Source of the DNA: Candidatus Saccharimonadota bacterium
GTDB taxonomy: Bacteria; Patescibacteriota; Saccharimonadia; Saccharimonadales; UBA4665
Direction of reading: 5' to 3'
Length of the DNA: 32,000 nt
NCBI GenBank assembly: GCA_002952755.1
Contig: CP025011.1
Location: 1,410,001-1,442,000 of the forward strand
Shown here: positions 16,545-23,173 of the stretch, in pieces
Position numbering within the stretch: position 1 is the stretch's first letter
Layout of the letters: each line of letters begins with the position of its first letter
Translations under genes and position numbers: made by a program
Notes under the pieces: generated by a model
The model's database searches: none
Seen by the model: the letters and a program-made list of their open reading frames with translations, nothing else
What the model was told of the DNA's origin: nothing

Positions 16545-17138
16545 GTGGAAAAAGGCAGTATTGTTTTTACTGAAGTGAGTAGGCTTTACAATACAGCCGC
16601 AACAAGCATGGGCAAATGGATGTGGGACAACCATGTGCAATGGGTGACCAGCAAGGCCATCCAACTAGCCAAAAAATATGGAGCCGATACTCAAAAAGTA
16701 TACTGCGCTGCTTTATTGCATGACCTAGGAGATGCACGATACGAGCGGGATCATTCCGCTTTTGAGTCTTGGTCGTGGGAGACGGGCAAGGCAATACTTA
16801 AAAAGGCCGGCCTTCGCAAAGCTGCGCGCGATGCGATTCTCGAAGCCATTCGCACACATTCATGTCATCCCGGTCACCTCCCAACAACCATTGAAGGGAA
16901 GGTGCTCGCCACAGCGGACGGCATGTGGCACGTGCAAACAAACTTCTTTCCAGTTATTTGCTACATGAATCGGCCAGACACCACTAAAACATTCAATGAG
17001 TGGCAGGAGTGGTTTACGACCAAAATTGAGCGCGATTTCGGCCCTAAAATCTTCTTTAGAGACGAACGAAATGAGGTGCGTGAAAATTACGAAGCCCTCA
17101 AAAGAGTATTCGAGAATAAAACGTTGTCAAACCCCTAG
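16545..17138 (+). CDS. HD-domain phosphohydrolase family protein
   Basis: HD motif AALLHDLGD, with downstream His residues (RTHSCHPGH). The start is uncertain: GTG 16545 or ATG 16608. Confidence 0.7.
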   Translation: MEKGSIVFTEVSRLYNTAATSMGKWMWDNHVQWVTSKAIQLAKKYGADTQKVYCAALLHDLGDARYERDHSAFESWSWETGKAILKKAGLRKAARDAILEAIRTHSCHPGHLPTTIEGKVLATADGMWHVQTNFFPVICYMNRPDTTKTFNEWQEWFTTKIERDFGPKIFFRDERNEVRENYEALKRVFENKTLSNP

Positions 17139-17240
17139 CTCTACATCTGCTATCAGTAGAGTGGGTCTATCTTGCATCGCTCCCCCGTTCAGTCGCTTTA
17201 GGCGTAGACCTGCACCGTATGCTCGTTCACTCTATACAAT

Positions 17241-17280
17241 CAAAACAAAACAGCCTACTACTGCAGACTGTTTTGTTTTG
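17241..17280. terminator. bidirectional hairpin terminator abutting tRNA-Ser(GCT)
   Basis: CAAAACAAAACAG-N14-CTGTTTTGTTTTG, a 13-bp perfect stem. Lies between the HD gene and the tRNA 3' end. Confidence 0.7.
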
Positions 17281-17371
17281 GCGGAGAGGGAGGGATTCGA
17301 ACCCTCGCGGGAACTTGCGCCCCCCTATCGATTTAGCAAACCGACCCCTTCAGCCGCTTGGGTACCTCTCC
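17279..17371 (-). tRNA. tRNA-Ser (anticodon GCT)
   Basis: Reverse complement is GGAGAGGTACCCAAGCGGCTGAAGGGGTCGGTTTGCTAAATCGATAGGGGGGCGCAAGTTCCCGCGAGGGTTCGAATCCCTCCCTCTCCGCCA. Anticodon arm TCGGT-TTGCTAA-ATCGA. Long variable arm. CCA is encoded. Confidence 0.9.
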
Positions 17372-17590
17372 ATATGGACCAAGTTATTGTACTACAATTG
17401 GTCTCTGTTGGCGAGTGATTTTAAAGACTTTGTTTCGAAGTCGACACCGGCACTTCGTTGTTCGATATACCCAAATCTCTTTTGCCGCTCGCGGGTAGTG
17501 CGGATGCGAACGATATGCGGCAATTGCCGCAGCACTTTCTGCACGGCCCATAGATAACACCCGTTTTTGAATAATACCTAAATGAGCTAC

Positions 17591-17627
17591 ATCATAATTT
17601 CCATTTTCCATGGGCTGGCCTTGGAAG
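17591..17627. repeat. R1: ~37-nt repeat, copy 1
   Basis: ATCATAATTTCCATTTTCCATGGGCTGGCCTTGGAAG matches 18029-18063 apart from two single-nt indels. Confidence 0.7.
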
Positions 17628-17628
17628 A

Positions 17629-17848
17629 GGTTGGAAAATCAGAATGAATGCAGATCGTACAAGGCGGGGGCGTCTGCTTCGAAGACTGGACGTGGGGAAG
17701 GGGTGGGATCGCTCCGTTTCACTTCGCTCCGCCGCTCGGACATGCTCGGTGCAAGCACCTGCGCGTGTCTTCGCTCTACCGAACCCACGGTGACGCGACG
17801 CTTGCGCGCCGCTCTCACCGTGGGTTCGAATCCCACACTCAACCGCCA
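17629..17848 (+). other. GC-rich tRNA-like segment built from tRNA-Ser fragments (pseudo-tRNA or unknown structured RNA)
   Basis: Ends CACCGTGGGTTCGAATCCCAC-ACTCAACC-GCCA, with an intact T arm identical over 21 nt to that of tRNA-Ser(TGA). It is followed immediately by the shared terminator. No D arm or anticodon arm could be found. Also contains GGAAGGGGTGGGAT (17696-17709, a copy of 17887-17900) and the 13-bp inverted repeat GAACCCACGGTGA (17781-17793) / TCACCGTGGGTTC (17815-17827). Confidence 0.35.
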
Positions 17849-17850
17849 AA

Positions 17851-17880
17851 GCAAAAGCCCGCTTTCATGCGGGCTTTTGC
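17851..17880. terminator. bidirectional hairpin terminator
   Basis: GCAAAAGCCCGC-TTTCAT-GCGGGCTTTTGC, a perfect 12-bp stem flanked by AAA and TTT. Lies between the tRNA-like segment and tRNA-Ser(TGA). Confidence 0.8.
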
Positions 17881-17882
17881 TT

Positions 17883-17970
17883 TGGCGGAAGGGGTGGGAT
17901 TCGAACCCACGGTGAGTTGCCCCACGACGGTTTTCAAGACCGTTACCATCGACCGCTCGGTCACCCTTCC
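17883..17970 (-). tRNA. tRNA-Ser (anticodon TGA)
   Basis: Reverse complement is GGAAGGGTGACCGAGCGGTCGATGGTAACGGTCTTGAAAACCGTCGTGGGGCAACTCACCGTGGGTTCGAATCCCACCCCTTCCGCCA. Anticodon arm ACGGT-CTTGAAA-ACCGT. CCA is encoded. Confidence 0.9.
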
Positions 17971-17982
17971 GTAACAGAGGCG

Positions 17983-18012
17983 ATTATACCACCAATCAGG
18001 ATAATCGAGCAA
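17983..18012 (-). promoter_or_regulatory. promoter of tRNA-Ser(TGA)
   Basis: Minus strand reads TTGCTC (-35, 18012-18007), an 18-nt spacer, then TGGTATAAT (extended -10, 17991-17983). The tRNA 5' end lies 12 nt downstream. Confidence 0.6.
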
Positions 18013-18028
18013 AACGGACTGCCGCTAG

Positions 18029-18063
18029 ATCATAATTTCATTTTCCATGGGCTGCCTTGGAAG
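18029..18063. repeat. R2: ~37-nt repeat, copy 2
   Basis: ATCATAATTTCATTTTCCATGGGCTGCCTTGGAAG. Lies immediately after the comF stop codon (on the minus strand) and upstream of the tRNA-Ser(TGA) promoter. Confidence 0.7.
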
Positions 18064-18072
18064 GGAAAGGGT

Positions 18073-18735
18073 TTAGGCGGCAGCGAAAACTGCTGCGCTT
18101 ACTCGGCGGGCTCCGGCGCTTTTTAGCGCTTGAGCGGCCGCTTCGCATGTTGCACCCGTTGTAAGAACATCATCAATCAAAAGTACATGCTGGTTTAACA
18201 ATTCTGGTCGAATGGCCCGGAATGCATTCCGCATCTGGCGCTGACGTTGTGTGCGTTTTTGTCCCACTTGGCGCTGCTCTCCGGTGCGCACGAGCAAGGT
18301 AGCGTAAGAAATACCGACACGCCTGGCCAAAGCACGGGCAATAAGCGCAGCCTGGTCGTACCCACGTTGGCGTACGCGTGCGGGCGCGGTTGGTATGTGA
18401 CTAATAACAGTACACTCTCTCACTTCTAGGCAGTCGGCGAGCAAAGCAGCCATGTCATCGGCCGCTTTGCGACAACGGTCAAATTTTAACTTATATACAA
18501 GCTCTTTGGCTGCAGCATCGTACATTGTGCCCACCCACACCCTATATAAATTTGACGTCGATCTACAAAGGCGACAAGTACGAAAATCGTCAGTCAACCG
18601 CTTGCAGCGATAGCAGCGCGACGGAAAGGCAGGGATGGTTTGGCTGCACGAAGCACATAATAAGCGTCCTTCACTACCGCACAATAGGCAGTCATAAGGG
18701 GCCACGAGGGAGAGTAATTGATCTACTATGCTCAT
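18073..18735 (-). CDS. comFC: ComF family protein (phosphoribosyltransferase-like competence protein)
   Basis: N-terminal zinc-finger-like CLLCGSEGRLLCASC ... CYRCKR ... CRLC, plus the PRTase motif VLLIDDVLTTGAT. Met15 of the track ORF (18735, MSIVDQLL) is the preferred start. Confidence 0.85.
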   Translation of the reverse strand: MSIVDQLLSLVAPYDCLLCGSEGRLLCASCSQTIPAFPSRCYRCKRLTDDFRTCRLCRSTSNLYRVWVGTMYDAAAKELVYKLKFDRCRKAADDMAALLADCLEVRECTVISHIPTAPARVRQRGYDQAALIARALARRVGISYATLLVRTGEQRQVGQKRTQRQRQMRNAFRAIRPELLNQHVLLIDDVLTTGATCEAAAQALKSAGARRVSAAVFAAA

Positions 18736-18857
18736 GTTGTATTTTTTGTGTTGTAAATAACCCGTTTGCGGTTGCAACCTAAATATTACCTAAGCTATAC
18801 TACCATTAACACAAACATTCGAACACCTTAGAACTAAGTACGTGGAGGGTAACAACT

Positions 18858-19343
18858 ATGGCGCGACGCACAAGTGGCGACGACGACCTGCTCATGCAAG
18901 AGGACGAATTAACCGCCGCTTTTTTGGGTGATGATGAAGCAATTGCTCCAGCAGATACCCAGAGCGCAGGCGCTGGACCAACGGCCGCAAATGATGATTG
19001 GGACGAAAGCGAAGACCTGCCAGGGCAACTCGCAGTAGACGTATACGAAACCAGAGAAAAACTGGTTGTAAAAGCCCGGACTGCCGGTGTAAATAAGAGT
19101 GACCTTGACGTTAGTATTTCTGACAACACACTCAGTATTCGCGGCACATTATCTGCCGGCAACGAAGACGGAGTAGAGAACTACTTTGTTCAGGAATGCT
19201 ACTGGGGCGAATTCTCTCGCAGCATTGCGCTGCCGGTGCCAGTTAAGGAAGAAGAGATCGAAGCTGTTCTTAAAGACGGCGTCCTTACCATCAGCTTTGC
19301 AAAAGTAAAACAGGATACGGTAAAAAAGATCCAGGTCCTCTAA
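18858..19343 (+). CDS. Hsp20/alpha-crystallin family small heat shock protein
   Basis: Alpha-crystallin domain: QLAVDVYETREKLVVKARTAGVNKSDLDVSISDNTLSIRG ... GEFSRSIALP ... IEAVLKDGVLTISFAK. GGAGGG Shine-Dalgarno 8 nt upstream of the ATG. Confidence 0.9.
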   Translation: MARRTSGDDDLLMQEDELTAAFLGDDEAIAPADTQSAGAGPTAANDDWDESEDLPGQLAVDVYETREKLVVKARTAGVNKSDLDVSISDNTLSIRGTLSAGNEDGVENYFVQECYWGEFSRSIALPVPVKEEEIEAVLKDGVLTISFAKVKQDTVKKIQVL

Positions 19344-19360
19344 AAAACTGCCAGAACTAT

Positions 19361-19390
19361 AAAACACCATCGTTCATCCGATGGTGTTTT
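19361..19390 (+). terminator. rho-independent terminator of hsp20
   Basis: AAAACACCATCG-TTCATC-CGATGGTGTTTT, a perfect 12-bp stem with a T-run. Confidence 0.8.
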
Positions 19391-19641
19391 ATTATATGCA
19401 AAACGCAACAGGTCCGCTGGCCATATAGACTCACCCCCTTTAAAAATAATGTATATGGTACCTGAGTGAGGCTAATTTTATTTCAGCATTCCTGGCAACA
19501 GTGCCTGGTATATTGTGTGGAAATTAATTCAGGGTGGGAGCGAGAGAAGGACAGATGCCAATGCTTACGTCTAGTGTTATCAGCTCATACTGTACGGTAT
19601 GCTGCCTCATAGACCTGCTCTTATATTCTCAGCCCATATAT

Positions 19642-19672
19642 AAAAACCCGCCTTTTTTAGGGGCGGATTTTT
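19642..19672. terminator. hairpin terminator at the 3' end of the pilin array
   Basis: AAAAAC-CCGCC-TTTTTTAGG-GGCGG-ATTTTT, 24 nt beyond the stop codon of the last pilin gene (19696). The A and T runs allow it to work in both directions. Confidence 0.5.
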
Positions 19673-19695
19673 GACGTGTTCGAAATAAATGTAGC

Positions 19696-20148
19696 TTACG
19701 GTCCTGCCGGCGCTCCGGTGCCCGTATTGTTCACTTTGTCGAAGACAAACTTAACAACAACTTGTGCCAGAGCAACGATAACGAGGCCGATTACCGCATA
19801 CACAATAGTGTTTTTGGCGCTGGTAATATTGCCTGAATCGCCCCCGGAAGTAATGTACTTAAAGCCGCCAAGCACGATCATGATAACGGCAATAATACCG
19901 ACTACGATAGAGAAAATGTTTATAACCGTAGTAACAATATTCTGGACTTTGGTCGCCGATGATTGGTCGGCACTCGTATCAGCAGTACAAGTCTGGCCAT
20001 TACCAGCAGTGCTCAACCCGGTGCCTTGAGATAAGCAGTCGCCGATAGTAGGAGCTGCATGCACCGCAACAGGCACTAGCGCAGGCACAATGCTAAGCGC
20101 AAGAGTGGCGACGATAGCCGCGAAATGCTTACGAACGGTTTGTAACAT
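19696..20148 (-). CDS. VirB2/TrbC-like T4SS pilin paralog a
   Basis: Signal peptide ending VAVHA/AP. Variable Cys-bracketed region (C38...C54). Conserved core INIFSIVVGIIAVIMIVLGGFKYITSGGDSGNITSAKNTIVYAVIGLVIVALA, i.e. two TM helices around a GGxxYxTSxGD loop. AAAGGA Shine-Dalgarno sequence. Candidate extended -10 TGGTATAAC upstream. Confidence 0.75.
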   Translation of the reverse strand: MLQTVRKHFAAIVATLALSIVPALVPVAVHAAPTIGDCLSQGTGLSTAGNGQTCTADTSADQSSATKVQNIVTTVINIFSIVVGIIAVIMIVLGGFKYITSGGDSGNITSAKNTIVYAVIGLVIVALAQVVVKFVFDKVNNTGTGAPAGP

Positions 20149-20228
20149 AATGAAATGTCCTTTCTTTGAACGCTTTATTTACGTTATACCACAGGCATAA
20201 GCCGCATTACAATGGCACCGGAAAAAAA

Positions 20229-20678
20229 TTAGGATCTTGCTTTGGCCTTAACTGGGGGCGGGGTAGCAGTCGAGGTAGTGACGACATACTTAACGAGAAT
20301 TTGAGCAAAGAACACCAATACCAAGCCAATAATTGCGTACGTAATAGTTTGCTTAGCCTTGGAAACAGCATTGGCGTCACCCCCAGAAGTTATATAACGA
20401 AACCCGCCAACCATCATCATAATCACCGCAACAATACCGACTATGATACTAAGTATGTTCACTGCCGAAGCAATCGTATTGTCCAGGGATGGGCCGCTAC
20501 TTACACACACTGCGCCAGTACCCGGATTTGTCCAGGTACCCCCCGAACCAATACAAGCCTGCTGCTTAGCAGCATCAGTAGAAGTGTCGGCCGAAGCTGG
20601 AGCGGGTAACAGCCAGTTGCTCGCAACGACGCTAATAAGAGTTACGCTTATGAGCAATATACGCCTGAATATATACAT
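20229..20678 (-). CDS. VirB2/TrbC-like T4SS pilin paralog b
   Basis: Signal peptide ending PASA/DT. Cys pair C42...C58. Core VNILSIIVGIVAVIMMMVGGFRYITSGGDANAVSKAKQTITYAIIGLVLVFFA, the closest match to paralog a. GGAGG Shine-Dalgarno sequence. Confidence 0.75.
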   Translation of the reverse strand: MYIFRRILLISVTLISVVASNWLLPAPASADTSTDAAKQQACIGSGGTWTNPGTGAVCVSSGPSLDNTIASAVNILSIIVGIVAVIMMMVGGFRYITSGGDANAVSKAKQTITYAIIGLVLVFFAQILVKYVVTTSTATPPPVKAKARS

Positions 20679-20688
20679 GTTGCCTCCA

Positions 20689-21102
20689 TTATTTCACGAT
20701 ATTAACAGCTAGGGCAAGAATTGCTTGGGCAAGAAGAATAACGAGCAGCCCAATGCCTGCAGCAATCATGGTACGCCGGGCGTTCGCCGCTTTATTGGGA
20801 TCGCCAGCGGCCGTAACATAATTAAAACCACCGACTATCATTAAAATTACCGCGGCGATACCTGAGACAGTCGACAGTATGAGCCCAACCTTGTACAAAA
20901 TGCCGTTGGTGCCGCCAATAGGATTTTGCCCACTCGTCGTACAAACCGTTGAAGGGTTTTTGCCGGGCGTATTAGTCACACCTGTGTTCGAGCAGGCGTT
21001 TTGAAATGGATTAAAAGCTGCTGCTGAATGTGGTAAGAAAACAAAGACGATTCCAAACGCCAGTACAAAAACCGTAACCAGCAAGCGCGTATGTCGCAAC
21101 AT
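20689..21102 (-). CDS. VirB2/TrbC-like T4SS pilin paralog c
   Basis: Signal peptide ending HSAAA/F. Cys pair C37...C54. Core LILSTVSGIAAVILMIVGGFNYVTAAGDPNKAANARRTMIAAGIGLLVILLA. AGGAGG Shine-Dalgarno sequence. Confidence 0.75.
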   Translation of the reverse strand: MLRHTRLLVTVFVLAFGIVFVFLPHSAAAFNPFQNACSNTGVTNTPGKNPSTVCTTSGQNPIGGTNGILYKVGLILSTVSGIAAVILMIVGGFNYVTAAGDPNKAANARRTMIAAGIGLLVILLAQAILALAVNIVK

Positions 21103-21115
21103 ATTATATTACCTC

Positions 21116-21811
21116 CTATATATGACCAAGTGCATAGTTAACAATCGAGAAGGCAAGCATGGATACAACCAGTCCAATAGCAGCATATATAATCGTGTTT
21201 TTCGTTTTTGCCATAGTATTAGGGTCGCCATTGGAAGTAACGTAGCGCAATCCGGCGATAATCAGCACTAATAACGCCACGCTGCCAAATAGCCCAATCA
21301 CAATATTATAGAGGGAGAGAAGTGTAGTATTTGATGCCGCTGCATTAGGCAGGCTACTTAGGTCTACCCCGCTTGAGGTTTTGCCTGCACCTCCAGTTCC
21401 ACCAAGACTCTCGCCAAGGAACCGTACGGCAGCAGCAGCGACGACGGTGATTCCTAGACCCACGAGGGAATTAATAATGGTGCCGAGGGCATGCTTGGCT
21501 TTTTCGGGTTCACCCTGCGCGGTTATATATTGAAAGCCGGCATACACGATAAACCCGATGGCAACCAGAGCGCCGACACGGAGCAAAATATCGACAACAC
21601 CAAGACCGACCAAACCAATCGAGCTAAGATCAAGATTACCGGTTGTATGATCAATAAAATGCGGGTCCACCGAACAAAGACCGCTCGAATCTATTGTTAC
21701 GTACTTCGCCCTGTCGAGATACTCAAACCACGAAGGGATCCCAAAGAAATTTCCTGGCTCCGGGCAGGGGCTCGCTCCAGCGGCAAAATGAGTCAATATA
21801 TCCAAAAACAT
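21116..21811 (-). CDS. tandem double-domain VirB2/TrbC-like pilin paralog d
   Basis: Two copies of the core in one ORF: VGALVAIGFIVYAGFQYITAQGEPEKAKHALGTIINSLVGLGITVVA and GLFGSVALLVLIIAGLRYVTSNGDPNTMAKTKNTIIYAAIGLVVSMLA, joined by a Gly/Ser-rich linker. The N-terminus (MFLDILTHFAAGASPCPEPGNFFGIPSWFEYL) has no obvious signal peptide. No clear Shine-Dalgarno sequence. Confidence 0.7.
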   Translation of the reverse strand: MFLDILTHFAAGASPCPEPGNFFGIPSWFEYLDRAKYVTIDSSGLCSVDPHFIDHTTGNLDLSSIGLVGLGVVDILLRVGALVAIGFIVYAGFQYITAQGEPEKAKHALGTIINSLVGLGITVVAAAAVRFLGESLGGTGGAGKTSSGVDLSSLPNAAASNTTLLSLYNIVIGLFGSVALLVLIIAGLRYVTSNGDPNTMAKTKNTIIYAAIGLVVSMLAFSIVNYALGHI

Positions 21812-21839
21812 GTCGATACCAGATACCGTTCATTACTCA

Positions 21840-22454
21840 TTATAGGATACCTCCGGGTGTAATCCACTGCAGGAAGGCCCACAAAAATCCAAAGGCTATA
21901 ATCGCTATAACCGCATTAATAATACGCTGCTGAGCCGCTGCTGTGACATTCGGCTGGTCTGCCGAGGTGCTGTACTGAATACCCGCGACAATAATAGAAA
22001 TGACAGCGGCAAGTACTACCACGACAGCCAATGTATTAATAATGGGATTTAGGTATTGGCGAACGATGCTGCACTGCTGCTGCGGGTCGAGTTCTGTTGG
22101 GCAATTGTTCCCACCTTTTGCGGCATTGTCAGTGCTGCCCGACGCGGTCTGAGCCTGGACGACATTCTTGGCTTGAAAAACGTCCCCGGAACAGTCGGAT
22201 TGCGATACCCAGCCTTTCGCGGCATCCGATAGGGTGTAACATTTACCGGCTGCAAAGATGCCTTTACTCGGAGCTTTACCGTCCACGGGAAGGGTAGGAG
22301 TATCTGCGCATTGTGTAGTTATGCCAGCTAGTGCGTCAAAACATAATGCAGGACTGGCAGCGTGCACAATGGCTGCCGGAAATACTGCCGACGGTACCGC
22401 GACTGCCGCACTGAAGAGGACTACTTGAATTATGTGTTTTACGCGCTGCAGCAT
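21840..22454 (-). CDS. VirB2/TrbC-like T4SS pilin paralog e (long ectodomain)
   Basis: Signal peptide ending AIVHA/AS. A ~115-aa Cys-containing variable region. Core INTLAVVVVLAAVISIIVAGIQYSTSADQPNVTAAAQQRIINAVIAIIAFGFL, the most diverged of the paralogs. Confidence 0.65.
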   Translation of the reverse strand: MLQRVKHIIQVVLFSAAVAVPSAVFPAAIVHAASPALCFDALAGITTQCADTPTLPVDGKAPSKGIFAAGKCYTLSDAAKGWVSQSDCSGDVFQAKNVVQAQTASGSTDNAAKGGNNCPTELDPQQQCSIVRQYLNPIINTLAVVVVLAAVISIIVAGIQYSTSADQPNVTAAAQQRIINAVIAIIAFGFLWAFLQWITPGGIL

Positions 22455-22738
22455 ATCTTCCGTTTTTTAGTTCTGCTTATTATAGAGTATAGGTCATCGC
22501 AGAATAATCACAAGCTACCCCGTATTTACACTTATCCCTACTCGCGTCATCCCGGATCTATTCTTACCGACTTCATGTATTCCGCTGCTGGATGTCGGTC
22601 AAGTCCGGGAGGACCAAGAGTGGACGTTTTAAGACATGCGCGGGCACGAGCAGACGGGTATAAGCAACCGCATGCTCGTTGTATTAAATAGTGCCTGCTG
22701 CTACACTTTAACTTGAAAGCAAAGAGATACTACAAAGC
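22455..22738. promoter_or_regulatory. divergent intergenic control region between the pilin array and the T4SS-like operon
   Basis: 284-bp ORF-poor spacer between the divergent starts at 22454 (minus) and 22739 (plus). Contains the inverted repeat ACGAGCA (22646-22652) / TGCTCGT (22673-22679). No consensus promoter is assigned with confidence. Confidence 0.4.
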
Positions 22739-23173
22739 ATGCGTCCTCGTCGATTAATCGTCATAGCTTCGCTGGCAACCATCATTTTAGTGGCCATTCC
22801 TTTGATTTTTATTCATAAGGGCGATGGTTATCGTGGTGTTTGTGACTCGCTACTAAAAGATATTCAAAAAAACGATGCTGCCAGCAGCTACAGTTTGCTT
22901 TCTGATACAGCCAAACGCACTGACTCGCTTTCTAGCTGGACGGGTAAAGTAAAGTTGCTCTACAACGTCTACTATAAAAGTACAGTTACGCCCGTAAAAA
23001 GTGTCGATTTAACCACCACTGTCAATAAAAAGAAGGGGCCGACGCGTATCGAGTACGTCTATACGGTTACTAATCAATTTGCCACCTCCGATGCACTTTG
23101 CTACGCCACGAAGCCTTCAGGCTATAAAGTAGATTCTTTCTCGAGCGCAGTGAGACAGGAGGGCACTCAATGA
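22739..23173 (+). CDS. small N-terminally anchored protein (possible NTF2-like / VirB8-like accessory)
   Basis: 144 aa. N-terminal TM segment (LIVIASLATIILVAIPLIFI), then a ~110-aa domain whose pattern (LLKDIQKNDAASSYSLLSDTAKR...) recalls small NTF2-like lipoprotein domains. ATGA overlap with the next gene. The functional assignment is an inference only. Confidence 0.55.
   Translation: MRPRRLIVIASLATIILVAIPLIFIHKGDGYRGVCDSLLKDIQKNDAASSYSLLSDTAKRTDSLSSWTGKVKLLYNVYYKSTVTPVKSVDLTTTVNKKKGPTRIEYVYTVTNQFATSDALCYATKPSGYKVDSFSSAVRQEGTQ

Noticed and set aside
17384-17611. 75-codon minus-strand ORF (MENGNYDVAHLG...) between repeat R1 and tRNA-Ser(GCT)
   Set aside because: It has no Shine-Dalgarno sequence. 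Its start lies inside the R1 repeat, whose second copy is not coding. Its 3' end covers the tRNA promoter region, and it contains the perfect palindrome GCGGCAATTGCCGC. It is kept only as a doubtful candidate.
17629-17848. tmRNA (ssrA) hypothesis for the tRNA-like segment
   Set aside because: At ~220 nt it is too short. The acceptor has no G3:U70 pair and the discriminator is not A. The 5' GGxUUCGAC element is absent, and there is no plausible tag reading frame ending in a stop codon.
16996-18126. ORFs 16996-17418, 17219-17557, 17592-17849, 17610-17915, 17639-17854, 17648-17974 and 17917-18126
   Set aside because: All of them run through tRNA genes, terminator hairpins or the GC-rich tRNA-like segment. 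They are open frames produced by GC-rich structured DNA, not genes.
19676-20712. Plus-strand ORFs 19676-20029, 20166-20609 and 20443-20712
   Set aside because: They lie antisense to pilin paralogs a and b, which have signal peptides, Shine-Dalgarno sequences and a shared conserved core. The plus-strand translations have no features.
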